A stretch of 63,659 nt of DNA, counting the filler. It is 9 parts of 9 records of this genome, joined end to end, with 100 filler letters (N's around TTAATTAATTAA, not from the genome) between each part and the next. Parts side by side here need not be neighbours in the genome. Positions count along the whole stretch, not along the records: positions 6,244 to 16,362 come from SRR31156797_75772; positions 16,463 to 21,923 come from SRR31156797_75777; 7 more parts are not named here. One strand, written 5' to 3'. Numbering within the stretch: position 1 is the stretch's first letter; every line of letters begins with the position of its first letter. This document shows, one piece after another, positions 9,876-20,792 of this stretch. A program made the position numbers and the translations under genes. The notes under the pieces were generated by a model. That model worked only from the letters and a program-made list of their open reading frames with translations, did not search any database and had not been told where the DNA came from.

Positions 9876-11618
9876 GTGGCTGACGATAAGCAAACAACCG
9901 ACCTCACTGTGAGCAATGGCGATCAGGCTCTGATGTCGACATCTGATATGGATGTTGGTACACAAAACCCTGATGCCGAAGAAAAAAGCTCATCAAAAAT
10001 TGACTTCTCTATGGGAGATTTGGACCTATTACGCCAAGTCGTATTGGTTCTTTCGATCTCTATCTGTGTTGCTCTGATTGTGATGCTATTTTTCTGGGTC
10101 AAAGAGCCAGAAATGCGTCCGCTAGGTGCCTATGACACTCAAGAGTTGATTCCAGTTCTTGACTACCTTGATCAACAAAAACAAGATTACAAGTTAGATG
10201 GCAACACCATTTTAGTGCCAATTTCTGACTACAACAGCCTAAAACTGAATATGGTTCGTGCTGGCCTCAACCAAGAGCGTCAAGCTGGTGACGATATTCT
10301 ACTGCAAGATATGGGTTTTGGCGTTTCTCAGCGTTTAGAGCAAGAACGTTTGAAGTTAAGTCGTGAGCGCCAATTGGCAAAAGGCATCGAAGAGATGCGT
10401 CAAGTCAACAAAGCTCGAGTGCTACTTGCACTGCCTAAGCAAAGTGTGTTTGTGCGTCAAAACCAAGAAGCATCTGCTTCCGTTTTCTTAACCCTTCGTA
10501 CTGGTACTAACCTCAAGCAGGAAGAAGTCGATTCTATTGTTGATATGGTTGCAAGTGCCGTTCCTGGGATGAAGCCGACTCGGGTTACTGTGACCGACCA
10601 GCATGGACGACTACTAAGCTCTGGCTCTCAAGATCCTGTGACCGCTGCTCGCCGCAAAGAACAGGAAGCAGAGCGTAAGCAAGAACAGAATTTACGCGAC
10701 AAAATCGACTCAGTACTGATTCCAATTCTAGGTCTGGGGAACTATACCGCTCAGGTGGATATCGAGTTGGATTTCAGTGCGATTGAACAAACGCGTAAGC
10801 GTTTTGATCCAAATACGCCATCAACCCGTAGTGAATACACACTTGAAGACTACAACAATGGCAATGTGATTGCTGGTGTACCGGGTGCGCTGAGTAATCA
10901 GCCTCCAGCGGATGCTTCTATTCCGCAAGATGTCGCACAAATGAAAGATGGTTCTTTGATGGGGCAGGGGTCTGTACACAAAGAAGCGACGCGTAACTTT
11001 GAGTTAGATACAACCATTAGCCACGAACGTCGTCAAACAGGTGTAGTCAGTCGTCAAACGGTTGCAGTAGCGATTAAAAACCGGAGCAGTGTAAACCCAG
11101 AAACAGGTGAAGTTACCTATACTCCTATTAGCGATAGCGAGTTGAATGCGGTACGCCAAGTACTCGTGGGTGCGGTGGGTTATAGCGAACCTCGTGGTGA
11201 CCTATTGAATGTATTAAGCATGAACTTTGCTGAACCTGAGATTGAAACCATCGCTGACGTGCCAATTTGGGAACATCCAAACTTCAACGATTGGGTTCGT
11301 TGGTTCGTGAGTGCATTGGTTATCATTGTGATTGTGTTAGTGCTTGTTCGCCCAGCGATGAAGAAACTGCTTAACCCAACCGCTGAAGATGACGACCAAG
11401 AATACGGTCCAGACGGCTTACCTATCGGTCTTGATGGTGAAACCAGCTTGATTGGTAGTGATATTGAAGGTGGTGAACTGTTTGAGTTTGGCTCAGGCAT
11501 AGATTTACCAAACTTACATAAGGATGAGGATGTACTGAAAGCAGTACGTGCTCTAGTGGCAAATGAACCGGAACTTGCTGCGCAAGTAGTGAAAAACTGG
11601 GTGACTGACGATGCCTGA
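9876..11618 (+). CDS. fliF: MS-ring protein FliF
   Basis: Two TM segments, ARVLLALP, ASASV, GVPGALSNQP. Confidence 0.97.
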   Translation: MADDKQTTDLTVSNGDQALMSTSDMDVGTQNPDAEEKSSSKIDFSMGDLDLLRQVVLVLSISICVALIVMLFFWVKEPEMRPLGAYDTQELIPVLDYLDQQKQDYKLDGNTILVPISDYNSLKLNMVRAGLNQERQAGDDILLQDMGFGVSQRLEQERLKLSRERQLAKGIEEMRQVNKARVLLALPKQSVFVRQNQEASASVFLTLRTGTNLKQEEVDSIVDMVASAVPGMKPTRVTVTDQHGRLLSSGSQDPVTAARRKEQEAERKQEQNLRDKIDSVLIPILGLGNYTAQVDIELDFSAIEQTRKRFDPNTPSTRSEYTLEDYNNGNVIAGVPGALSNQPPADASIPQDVAQMKDGSLMGQGSVHKEATRNFELDTTISHERRQTGVVSRQTVAVAIKNRSSVNPETGEVTYTPISDSELNAVRQVLVGAVGYSEPRGDLLNVLSMNFAEPEIETIADVPIWEHPNFNDWVRWFVSALVIIVIVLVLVRPAMKKLLNPTAEDDDQEYGPDGLPIGLDGETSLIGSDIEGGELFEFGSGIDLPNLHKDEDVLKAVRALVANEPELAAQVVKNWVTDDA

Positions 11619-12663
11619 TGAAATTGCAAACCAAAATGGCAGAGAAGTAGCGACTACTGAGACTGACATTTCTGAAATTCCGGGAGAAGAGCGAGCTGCG
11701 ATTCTCCTCCTGAGCCTGAACGAAGCCGATGCGGCTGGTATTATTCGCCACCTTGAACCTAAACAAGTTCAGCGCGTAGGTAGTGCGATGGCACGAGCTA
11801 AAGACTTGAGCCAGGGTAAAGTAAACGCAGTACACCGAGCATTTTTGGAAGATATCCAGAAATACACCAACATTGGTATGGGTAGCGAAGACTTCATGCG
11901 TAATGCGCTGGTGGCGGCTCTGGGTGAAGATAAGGCGAATAACCTTGTTGATCAGATTCTGTTAGGTACAGGTTCGAAAGGTCTGGACTCGTTGAAGTGG
12001 ATGGATCCTCGTCAGGTTGCCAGCATCATTGTCAACGAGCACCCACAGATTCAAACCATCGTTCTTTCTTATCTAGACCCTGATCAGTCTGCGGAAATTT
12101 TGGCGCAATTTGCTGAACGTGACCGTTTAGACTTGATGATGCGTATTGCCAACCTAGAAGAAGTTCAGCCGTCAGCATTGGCAGAGTTGAATGAAATCAT
12201 GGAGAAACAGTTCGCAGGTCAAGCCGGTGCGCAAGCGGCGAAAATTGGTGGCCTGAAAGCGGCGGCAGATATCATGAACTACCTCGACAACAATATCGAG
12301 GGTGCGCTTATGGATCAGCTTCGCGATCAAGACGAAGATTTGGCGACGCAAATTCAAGACCTTATGTTCGTATTCGAGAATTTGGTCGAAGTCGACGACC
12401 AGAGTATTCAGAAATTGCTGCGTGACGTACCTCAAGATGTATTGCAGAAAGCGCTGAAAGGTGCCGATGACACCTTACGCGATAAGATCTTCAAGAACAT
12501 GTCTAAACGTGCTGCTGATCTGATGAGAGATGACTTGGAGGCGATGCCGCCAATTAAAGTCTCGGATGTGGAAACAGCGCAGAAAGAAATTCTGGCAATT
12601 GCCCGACGCATGGCTGACAACGGTGAGTTAATGCTGGGTGGCGGCGCAGACGAATTCTTGTAA
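11611..12663 (+). CDS. fliG: Motor switch protein FliG
   Basis: EHPQ and MFVFENL motifs. Confidence 0.98.
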   Translation: MPDEIANQNGREVATTETDISEIPGEERAAILLLSLNEADAAGIIRHLEPKQVQRVGSAMARAKDLSQGKVNAVHRAFLEDIQKYTNIGMGSEDFMRNALVAALGEDKANNLVDQILLGTGSKGLDSLKWMDPRQVASIIVNEHPQIQTIVLSYLDPDQSAEILAQFAERDRLDLMMRIANLEEVQPSALAELNEIMEKQFAGQAGAQAAKIGGLKAAADIMNYLDNNIEGALMDQLRDQDEDLATQIQDLMFVFENLVEVDDQSIQKLLRDVPQDVLQKALKGADDTLRDKIFKNMSKRAADLMRDDLEAMPPIKVSDVETAQKEILAIARRMADNGELMLGGGADEFL

Positions 12664-12673
12664 AAATTCATTT

Positions 12674-12701
12674 AAAGCCTGCTGCATCAGCGGGCTTTTT
12701 T
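12674..12701 (+). terminator. Intra-operonic terminator-like hairpin between fliG and fliH
   Basis: AAGCCTGCTG-CAT-CAGCGGGCTT followed by TTTT. Confidence 0.65.
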
Positions 12702-12721
12702 AGCTTTGAGTAGGTTTAAAA

Positions 12722-13525
12722 ATGTCGGGTGAGAGAAAACGCGGATTTATTCGTCTTGGTAATGACGATGCTGTAGAGCAGGCCAAAAAGTGGGGCCTGC
12801 CTGACTATACCTCTGAAGCACATGGCCAAGCTCAGGAAACAGCACTGAATTATGACCCAGGTTGGATCCCAAATTTTGATGAGCCTGAAGCTGATGAACC
12901 CGCCGTTCTAACCGAAGAAGAGATTGAAATCATTAAGCAGGCCGCTTATCAGGAAGGGCTGGAGCAAGGTAAAGCTGAAGGGTATCAGGAAGGCTTTCAA
13001 CTTGGTCAGGAAGCGGGTCAGAAAGCGGGTCATGAACAAGGTTATCAGACGGGGCAAGAAGAAGGCGTTGCTGCTGGTGAGCAAGTTATTCAAGATCATG
13101 TCCAAGTGTTTATGAATCTTGCTAACCAGTTTGCTCAGCCGCTTGAATTGATGAATGCTCAAGTTGAAAAGCAGTTGGTGGATATGGTGTTATCGCTGGT
13201 GAAAGAAGTGGTACATGTTGAAGCTCAGACTAATCCACAAGTCATTTTAGATACCATCAAAGCATCGGTGGAATCGCTCCCTGTGTCTGGGCATGCCATC
13301 ACATTGAAATTGCACCCAGAAGATTGTGACATCATTAAACAAGCTTACGGTGACGAAGAGCTCGATATGCGTAACTGGACTTTAGTCAGTGAGCCAGCAC
13401 TGAACCGTGGAGATGTTGAAATTGAAGCGGGTGAGTCGAGCGTCAACTATCGGATGGAAGACAGAGTGAGAAATGTACTGCAAAGCTTTTGTGGTACTAA
13501 CAGACATCATCAAGGCAATGAATAA
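12722..13525 (+). CDS. fliH: Export protein FliH
   Basis: GxxxG repeat helix, LHPED; lies between fliG and fliI. Confidence 0.95.
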   Translation: MSGERKRGFIRLGNDDAVEQAKKWGLPDYTSEAHGQAQETALNYDPGWIPNFDEPEADEPAVLTEEEIEIIKQAAYQEGLEQGKAEGYQEGFQLGQEAGQKAGHEQGYQTGQEEGVAAGEQVIQDHVQVFMNLANQFAQPLELMNAQVEKQLVDMVLSLVKEVVHVEAQTNPQVILDTIKASVESLPVSGHAITLKLHPEDCDIIKQAYGDEELDMRNWTLVSEPALNRGDVEIEAGESSVNYRMEDRVRNVLQSFCGTNRHHQGNE

Positions 13526-14847
13526 TGTTAGAGCTTGCAGATAGACTTTCACAATACAAAGTTCAGGGACTGACAACACGTCCTATTGCTTCTGGAAAAT
13601 TGGTTCGAGTGGTTGGATTAACGCTCGAGGCAACTGGGTGTCGTGCGCCTATCGGAAGCCTTTGTAAAGTAGAAACCATGTCTGGCGAGATGGAAGCTGA
13701 AGTGGTTGGTTTCTCCGGTGACCGCTTATATTTAATGCCAAGTGAACAAATTACAGGGGTTTTGCCTGGCGCGAAAGTGACGCCTTTGACTGAAGAAGTT
13801 GGTTTGCCTGTGGGTATGGAACTGCTTGGCCGAGTGATTGATGGTGTGGGGACGCCGCTTGATGGTTTAGGCCCTATTTACACCGACAAAAAAGCGTCAT
13901 TCAATGCAGACCCGATTAACCCTCTAGCTCGTAAACCGATTAGTGAACCATTAGATGTAGGTATCAAAGCAATCAATGGCTTATTGACGGTGGGTAAAGG
14001 TCAGCGTATCGGCCTTTTCGCCGGTTCTGGTGTGGGTAAATCGGTCACACTCGGCATGATGACCCGAGGCACTACAGCGCAAGTGGTCGTGGTCGGCCTG
14101 ATTGGTGAACGTGGCCGTGAGGTTAAAGAGTTTATCGAAGAAATTTTAGGTGTTGATGGCCGACAACGTTCGGTCGTCGTCGCCGCTCCCGCAGATTCAT
14201 CACCTTTAATGCGTTTGAAAGGCTGTCAAACGGCACTGACCATCGCTGAATATTTCCGAGACCAAGGTTTGGATGTGCTGCTATTGATGGACTCATTGAC
14301 CCGTTTTGCTCAAGCACAACGTGAAATTGCCCTTTCAGTGGGTGAACCCCCTGCGACGAAAGGTTATCCACCTTCAGTATTTGCCAAGTTGCCAGCATTG
14401 GTGGAACGTGCCGGTAACGGTAGCCCAGAGCAAGGTTCTATCACCGCTTTCTTCACCGTGTTAACTGAAGGGGATGATTTACAAGACCCGATTGCTGACG
14501 CGTCACGTGCGATTCTTGATGGTCACATTGTACTTTCTCGTGAGATGGCCGATGCAGGACACTATCCGGCTATTGATGTAGAAAAATCGGTCAGCCGTGT
14601 TATGCCGCAAATCACCACTGACGAACATGTGTTGATGTCAAAAGCGGTTCGTCAGATTTTATCGACTTGCCGCAAGAATCAGGATCTGGTTTCGATTGGA
14701 GCTTATAAGCCAGGCACTGATCCCGCTATCGACAGTGCTTTTACACTGAAACCTAAATTGGACGGGTATTTACAACAAACGATGAAAGAGTCGGTACCTT
14801 ACGACATGTGCATCAGTATGTTGAAAAATGTCCTCAGTGTGGAGTAG
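13525..14847 (+). CDS. fliI: Export ATPase FliI
   Basis: AGSGVGKS Walker [22 protein letters not shown]. Confidence 0.98.
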   Translation: MLELADRLSQYKVQGLTTRPIASGKLVRVVGLTLEATGCRAPIGSLCKVETMSGEMEAEVVGFSGDRLYLMPSEQITGVLPGAKVTPLTEEVGLPVGMELLGRVIDGVGTPLDGLGPIYTDKKASFNADPINPLARKPISEPLDVGIKAINGLLTVGKGQRIGLFAGSGVGKSVTLGMMTRGTTAQVVVVGLIGERGREVKEFIEEILGVDGRQRSVVVAAPADSSPLMRLKGCQTALTIAEYFRDQGLDVLLLMDSLTRFAQAQREIALSVGEPPATKGYPPSVFAKLPALVERAGNGSPEQGSITAFFTVLTEGDDLQDPIADASRAILDGHIVLSREMADAGHYPAIDVEKSVSRVMPQITTDEHVLMSKAVRQILSTCRKNQDLVSIGAYKPGTDPAIDSAFTLKPKLDGYLQQTMKESVPYDMCISMLKNVLSVE

Positions 14848-14854
14848 TCGCTAG

Positions 14855-15307
14855 ATGGAAAACGCAATCGAGTTTTTGTTGGAACAGGCCAAAGATAAAG
14901 AAGATAAAGCGGTAATGGCACTGGGTAAAGCACGCAGTGAGCTGGAAGGATACTATCAACAGCTTAAGCAAATTGAACAGTATCGTCTTGATTATTGCCA
15001 GCAATTGGTCGAGCGAGGACAAGCGGGATTAACGGCAAGCCAATATGGGCACTTGAACCGTTTTTTAACCCAATTAGATGAGACCTTATCCAAACAGCGT
15101 GAAGCTGAGCAGCACTTTAAGTCTCAGGTCGAGGGTTGCGAAGGTCATTGGTTGGAGGTAAGGAAGCAGCGTCGCTCTTACGAGTTATTGATTGAAAAAA
15201 AACAGGCAGAGAAACAACGCTTGCAAGATAAACGAGATCAAAAGCTAATGGATGAGTTCTCTACTCTGAGTTTTAATCGCCGTCGTAACCAGTCTAATCT
15301 TATTTAA
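14855..15307 (+). CDS. fliJ: Export chaperone FliJ
   Basis: Coiled coil, DQKLMDEF; follows fliI. Confidence 0.94.
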   Translation: MENAIEFLLEQAKDKEDKAVMALGKARSELEGYYQQLKQIEQYRLDYCQQLVERGQAGLTASQYGHLNRFLTQLDETLSKQREAEQHFKSQVEGCEGHWLEVRKQRRSYELLIEKKQAEKQRLQDKRDQKLMDEFSTLSFNRRRNQSNLI

Positions 15308-15319
15308 TTTACCTCTATT

Positions 15320-15335
15320 TGGCTTGGTTCTTGCA
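15320..15335 (+). promoter_or_regulatory. Sigma-54 promoter of fliK
   Basis: TGGCTT-GGTTC-TTGCA, -24/-12 spacing. Confidence 0.7.
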
Positions 15336-15472
15336 ACACTACACTTAATTAGATTAGCAGTGAGTTGTTGGTACGCTTAAGTTGAAGCCAGCCCAGTGAA
15401 TTATAGGGTTTAGCGTTCGATGTTAAGTGAGAGCGGCAAATTATTGCAGTGTTGAATGCGAGCGAGCTGAAT

Positions 15473-16362
15473 ATGAATGTCAATTTAACCCCTTCAGTTG
15501 ATAACTCTAAAGTCACCAATGTGACTAAATCTGGGACGACGTCAGATTCCGTCACCAGTGATAGCGGAGAAACGAAAGGCTTTTTAGACAAATTGGCGTC
15601 TTTGCTATTGGGCAGCAAAGGTGACGGTGAGGCAACGCAAGCTGACGCTGGTTCTAGCAGTAAGCTTCTCGCTGACAGTGAAGTACAAGCGACAGACGGT
15701 GAGTCGCTGAAAAGTAGCAGTACAGATGCGCTATTGGCGCAAGACGGCGTTGAATCTGATGATGATGCTGAATCAGTTGACGCCGAAGCAATCACAAGCA
15801 CTAAAGTGAGTGCAGGCAACAACGTGAGTGCAGACTCTGATGACGCCAACACAGTCAAAATTGCACAGAGTGACGAGGCAGAAATTCCCGAAAACCTAAA
15901 GCCCTTCATCAACAGTGATGAAGATGAGCAGGTAAAACTCAAAGCAAAGACAGCACAAGCGATGGATGATGGCGATAAAATTCTAGGTCGCCTTCAAGAA
16001 GCAAATCAAACATTAGTCAAGAAAGATGGCAAGCCTTTGCCTCATGAACCTAAGGTGGTGAGTGAAGCGCAACCTGTCGACTTGCCGGTAAAAGAAAACT
16101 TAACGGATGCGACGGTCAATCCGAAGGCGGTTAAGCTAACCAGTGATGAAGAGCTTATAGCAACGGAATCATTGCTGGATAAGCACAGTTTGCCACCCTC
16201 TCAAGCCGCAGCAAGTTTCAGTGGGACTGTGACAGAAGATGTGGAACAGTTGCCTGAGGACCATCCGCTGAAACAAGCTAAGGATGTAAAAAACGTTCAG
16301 GCATTAAGTGATCACGAGCTCGCGACTATGCTGGCTAAACAATCACCACAGGCTAAACAATC
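15473..16362 (+). CDS. fliK: Hook-length control protein FliK, 3'-truncated
   Basis: Low-complexity S/A/D/E-rich N-terminus following fliJ; call rests mainly on synteny. Confidence 0.8.
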
Positions 16363-16462
16363 NNNNNNNNNNNNNNNNNNNNNNNNNNNNNNNNNNNNNN
16401 NNNNNNTTAATTAATTAANNNNNNNNNNNNNNNNNNNNNNNNNNNNNNNNNNNNNNNNNNNN
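16363..16462. other. Artificial contig spacer 2
   Basis: N44-TTAATTAATTAA-N44. Confidence 0.99.
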
Positions 16463-17114
16463 GAAAATTCTGCATGGCACTTACCATCAACAGACCCAAG
16501 CCTCGCGAAGAACCGAACCATTCGCCAAGAATTGCACCGATGAAAGCGGCTGGAATGGCGTATTTCGTACCGCTGACGACGGCCGGCAGAGCCGCGAGAA
16601 GATCCAGCCGGAAAAATCGGGTGACTTTCGAAGCGCCGAGCACGACGAAAAGATCACGGTGACCTTGAGTCGAATTGGCCAACCCGGAAGTCGTGGAAAC
16701 ATAGAGGACGAAATAGACGTTCAATGAGGCAATCGCGAGTCCCGTCACTTCACGGTTTAGGAGCACAATGAAGATCGGCGCAAGGGCAATTGCCGGTATC
16801 GCGTGGATGACGCTTGATAGGCGGTCCAAACCTGACCGAAACGGTGGAACGATATGGACCACAGCAGCTAGCGCAATACCGGTGATTCCGCCGATCAAAT
16901 AACCGAGGCCGACCATCGAAAAGGTGGCCCCCATGGCGCGCAAGAACAGTCCTTGCCTGCCGGGATCGAAAAGATAGATCAGAACCGTGCTAAGTGGCGG
17001 CCAAGTCAGACCGGCAAGGCGATTCTGCCCGATCATTTCCCAAAGCCCGAGGAAGAGAGCGAGTCCGATAACGCCAAGAAACAAATCCCGCATTTGTTCG
17101 CCAGAGCGTGACAT
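16463..17114 (-). CDS. ABC permease, NitT/TauT family, 3'-truncated
   Basis: AIPAIALAP, LGASKVTRFFRL, GAILGEWFGSSRGLG. Confidence 0.9.
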
Positions 17115-17929
17115 CAGTCATGCTCCTCCGGTTCCAGCGCGAGAGTGAGATCATCGGCAAGGCGGTGAAATTCCGCCGTTCGTTGGACTTCCAGCGGGCG
17201 TGGACGGGCGAAAGGAACATCGATCGATCGGATTACTCTTCCGGGACGACCGCTCATGACAATGACCCGGTCGGCCAGAAAAAGAGCCTCCTCCACCGAG
17301 TGGGTGACGAGGAGTGTCGTGATTCGCTCTTCGCCCCAGATACGCTGTAGCTCCACATTCATGTGCCTGCGCTTGACCGCGTCGAGCGCGCCAAAAGGTT
17401 CGTCCAACAACAGCACGTCCGGGTGCAGCACAAGCGCCCGCGCGATCGATACGCGTTGCCGCATGCCGCCCGACAACTGCCTAGGCCGCGCCCGTTCAAA
17501 ACCGTTCAAACCGACCAGCCCCAGGAGATCATCGATTCGCTGGTGATCGACAGGCCGGCCCGCGACCTTGAACGGCAGCGCAATATTGTCCTTGATCGTG
17601 AGCCAAGGCAAAAGCGCATGATCCTGAAAGGCGACACCAAGACGATGCGCTTTTGACAGGTCCACGGGATCTTTCCCCTCTATGCTCACGCGTCCTCGCG
17701 TGGCATCCTCGATCGCTGCGACAAGCCGCAAAATCGTGCTTTTTCCGCAGCCGGATGGCCCAACAAGGGCAACAAATTCGCCCTTCTCGATTTTCAGATC
17801 GACGCTGTCGATGGCGACCAGTTCCTGGCCGTCGTCTAGCGTGAAGGACTTGCCGACTCGATCGACGTGAATTGCCCATTGCACTTTGTCCGGACGCAAT
17901 TGGGCGGAGTCTGGCTGCTTCAAGGTCAA
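17114..17929 (-). CDS. ABC ATP-binding protein, NitT/TauT family
   Basis: GPSGCGKST, LSGGMRQR, LLDEPF. Confidence 0.95.
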   Translation of the reverse strand: MTLKQPDSAQLRPDKVQWAIHVDRVGKSFTLDDGQELVAIDSVDLKIEKGEFVALVGPSGCGKSTILRLVAAIEDATRGRVSIEGKDPVDLSKAHRLGVAFQDHALLPWLTIKDNIALPFKVAGRPVDHQRIDDLLGLVGLNGFERARPRQLSGGMRQRVSIARALVLHPDVLLLDEPFGALDAVKRRHMNVELQRIWGEERITTLLVTHSVEEALFLADRVIVMSGRPGRVIRSIDVPFARPRPLEVQRTAEFHRLADDLTLALEPEEHD

Positions 17930-17941
17930 TATTCCGTTTTC

Positions 17942-19336
17942 TTATGCGACAAGCCGTTCGAAACGATCAGAGATTACCGGCAACCGCTCTTTTAATTTGG
18001 CCTTGATCGCGTCGATGTCGATGGTGGTCATCACACGGTCCTTCATGACCACTTCGCCGTCAACGACAACCGTATTTACATCGCGGCCGACAAGCAGATT
18101 GGCAACGACAAATAGAACGTCATAGATCGGAGCGTGATCCAGACTACTGGTGTCACACAGCAGGAAGTCGGCCTTTTTGCCGGTCTCCAGGGTGCCGACC
18201 TGATCAATGATGCCGAGGGCACGCGCGCCGCCGACGGTGGCAATCTTGATGAGTTCTTCATTGGAGATTGGTTCGCGCTGATGGTAAATGGCGCTATTGA
18301 CCGCTTGCTGGCCGACGCGTGCCACATGAGCCACCTGGAACAGGTCGAGCGTACCGGCAGCACCCGGTCCGTCGGTTCCAAGACCGATGTCAATACCCCT
18401 CCGCCACATATCAATCAGGCGGGGATGGCCGATGGCATAGTTGCCGAAGCCGCAATGGCAGACGGAAAGCCGGTGTTTCTGATAAAGATCGACTTCCGTG
18501 GGCGACAGAAGCACGGAATGGGCACAATGAAGGCGGGGGGAAAGGACACCTATCTCTTCCAGCCATTCGGTGGGCCGTTTTCCGAACTTTTCCAGCGTAT
18601 AGTCGATTTCGTAACTGCCCTCGCAAAGGTGCGTGTGGATTTTCACGCCGAGTTCGCGGGAGGCGGCCGAAATATCCTTGATAAGCTCGGGCGAGCATAC
18701 GATCACCTGCCGGAGCGCCAGCCAGGCCTTGACTCGGTCATTGTCCTTCCAGCGTTTGACGAGGGTGACGTTGCGCTCCAATGCCTGGTCATGGGTCATC
18801 AGCATGTTTTGCGGAACGTCGGCGCCGATCTGTTCGCTTTGGTCGACCGTGGAAAGCGCAATGAAGCCGCGAATGCCGACGTCCATGGCGGCGCGCCCCA
18901 TTTCGTCAGGATGGGGCCCGCCCGATTCGGCAAAGCAGGTAGTTCCGACCTGGATCATATTGGTGTAGGCAACCAGTCCGGATAAATAGACGTCTTCCGG
19001 CTCAAGGCAGCTCTCGAAGGGGATCAGGTAGTTCTTCCAAACCGGCAGCTTCAGCGACCGCTTGCGTGCGATCGCCTGAAGTTTGCCTCTGAGTAACTGC
19101 TGAGCAGTGTGGAAATGTGCATCGATAAGGCCGGGCATGGCGACCTTTCCCCGCGCGTCTATCACGGAGGATCCGGAGAATCCGGCGCTGTCTTCCCCAG
19201 ACCCGATCCAGACAATTCTGCCCTTATCGATTGCCAGGGCACCGTCGGTGATGACGGTATTGTCGGCATCAAGTGTGACGATGTCGCACCCCTTGACCAG
19301 AAGGTCGACCGTTTGCTGCTCTGCTGATGCACTCAT
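17942..19336 (-). CDS. Metal-dependent amidohydrolase (MTA/SAH deaminase, AtzB/TrzA-like)
   Basis: PGLIDAHFH, HTHLCE, CAHS, GLGTDG, GTLETGKKAD. Confidence 0.9.
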   Translation of the reverse strand: MSASAEQQTVDLLVKGCDIVTLDADNTVITDGALAIDKGRIVWIGSGEDSAGFSGSSVIDARGKVAMPGLIDAHFHTAQQLLRGKLQAIARKRSLKLPVWKNYLIPFESCLEPEDVYLSGLVAYTNMIQVGTTCFAESGGPHPDEMGRAAMDVGIRGFIALSTVDQSEQIGADVPQNMLMTHDQALERNVTLVKRWKDNDRVKAWLALRQVIVCSPELIKDISAASRELGVKIHTHLCEGSYEIDYTLEKFGKRPTEWLEEIGVLSPRLHCAHSVLLSPTEVDLYQKHRLSVCHCGFGNYAIGHPRLIDMWRRGIDIGLGTDGPGAAGTLDLFQVAHVARVGQQAVNSAIYHQREPISNEELIKIATVGGARALGIIDQVGTLETGKKADFLLCDTSSLDHAPIYDVLFVVANLLVGRDVNTVVVDGEVVMKDRVMTTIDIDAIKAKLKERLPVISDRFERLVA

Positions 19337-19365
19337 TGGAAGTCGTCCTTAATTATCGTCGATGC

Positions 19366-20385
19366 CTACAGCGAGTCGTATGCTTCCTGGGCAAGAGTCG
19401 GATCTGCAATCTTCTCGATATCTGGCAGGTCGGTGCGGCCGGTGGCGCGGGCCCCGTCGTACATCGGGCCGGCCATTTTCTCGAGATCAAGTCTGTAGAT
19501 CGGATACTTGGGATCGCCGCCCGGACGAACGAAGTCCATCTCCAGTTCGGCCTGGCGCGTTTGCTGTTTCATATCCAAGCCATAATCCGCGCCGTATTTC
19601 TCCACAGCGAGCTTGGGGGCCAACGCCGGATCGGCTTCGTTGATAAGTTGCGCCTTCATGAGAGCCTGTAGGTAACCGACCAACGCACTGCGGTTCTTCT
19701 CGAGATAGTCACGGGATACAAAGGCAAGGCCGGCGTAGCTCGGGAAGCCGAGCTCATCGAAGCTGCGGAAGAAGAAGTCCTTGTCGCGAACAAGTCCCAT
19801 ACTTTCCAGGGCAATCGCTTGGTTGGTGGCAAAGGCGGTATAGCCGTCACCGTCACCCGCAATCAGTGGCTCCGGGGAGAAGCCGGTCGGCACCATGGTC
19901 CAATCCTTGGCCGGCAAGCCGGCAAGCCCCAGCGTTGCCTCAATGGCGGTCCGTTCTGCCGGGCCCTGGGCCAGGATCCTGCTGCCGATTACGTCTTGGG
20001 GTTTCAGGATTGGCTTTTTGGCCAGCGAGATGATGCCGAGTGGCGAGGTTTGCATACGTGCCGCGATCAGAACAAAGTCGTTGCCCAGCTTGACGGCATC
20101 AAGGAACGGCAGCCAACTTGTATAGCCAATTTCGGTCTTGCCCGCAGCAACGAGCGCCAAGGGATCCGGGGAATTGGGGCCGCCCGGGGTGAACGACACG
20201 TCAAGGCCGTGGTCGGAGAAAAGCCCCTTTTCGAGCGCGATCCAGAGATCGCAGTACTGCACGTTGGCGATCCAACCCAACTGCACGCGGACCTTGGTCA
20301 CCTCCTTTGCGAAAACAAACCTCGGCAGAAAAGTCGCCGTCGCCAGACCGGCTGCGGCGGATTTCAGGAATGAGCGTCTGTACAT
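19366..20385 (-). CDS. ABC substrate-binding protein, NMT1/THI5-like, Tat signal
   Basis: RRSFLK twin-arginine signal; VRVQLGWIANVQY, PGGPN. Confidence 0.88.
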   Translation of the reverse strand: MYRRSFLKSAAAGLATATFLPRFVFAKEVTKVRVQLGWIANVQYCDLWIALEKGLFSDHGLDVSFTPGGPNSPDPLALVAAGKTEIGYTSWLPFLDAVKLGNDFVLIAARMQTSPLGIISLAKKPILKPQDVIGSRILAQGPAERTAIEATLGLAGLPAKDWTMVPTGFSPEPLIAGDGDGYTAFATNQAIALESMGLVRDKDFFFRSFDELGFPSYAGLAFVSRDYLEKNRSALVGYLQALMKAQLINEADPALAPKLAVEKYGADYGLDMKQQTRQAELEMDFVRPGGDPKYPIYRLDLEKMAGPMYDGARATGRTDLPDIEKIADPTLAQEAYDSL

Positions 20386-20724
20386 GGATTTTTTCCTTCG
20401 ACGTGTAGGTTGAAAAGATCAAAGATGCCCTTTTCCTCCCGATGGCTGCTGGAAGGGCCAACTGGGGTCATGCAGGGGACACGTTCGCTTAAAGCTTGGC
20501 GTTGGTATTCAAAAGGTTCGGAAATAGGCGGAACATTACGGTCGGCGGGTATGGCAGCTATCGATATCGGACGCGTCAACGCGCCGGCGGCAACGGTCAC
20601 AACCCTACCCAAAGGAAATCGGATGCCTGATTTCTCTAGCTTCATAAAAAAAGGCACGGGCGCCACATCTAAACCCATTGCCCTCCCCTCTGCTTCTTCA
20701 CGTTAAAGGTTGAATAGTCACCGC

Positions 20725-20772
20725 TGTAACCAATACTTACATAGAACCATAGATTATGTAATAATATTTACA
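20725..20772. promoter_or_regulatory. Two candidate RpiR operators
   Basis: TGTAA-N7-TTACA (20725-20741) and TGTAA-N6-TTACA (20757-20772) in the divergent promoter. Confidence 0.55.
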
Positions 20773-20792
20773 AGCTATTTTTTAGGCAAAAC

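Noticed and set aside
12940..13080. Periodic GxxxG repeats in the 267-aa ORF
   Set aside because: Normal feature of FliH
15349..15942. 197-aa Ser/Leu-rich minus-strand ORF
   Set aside because: Antisense shadow of low-complexity fliK
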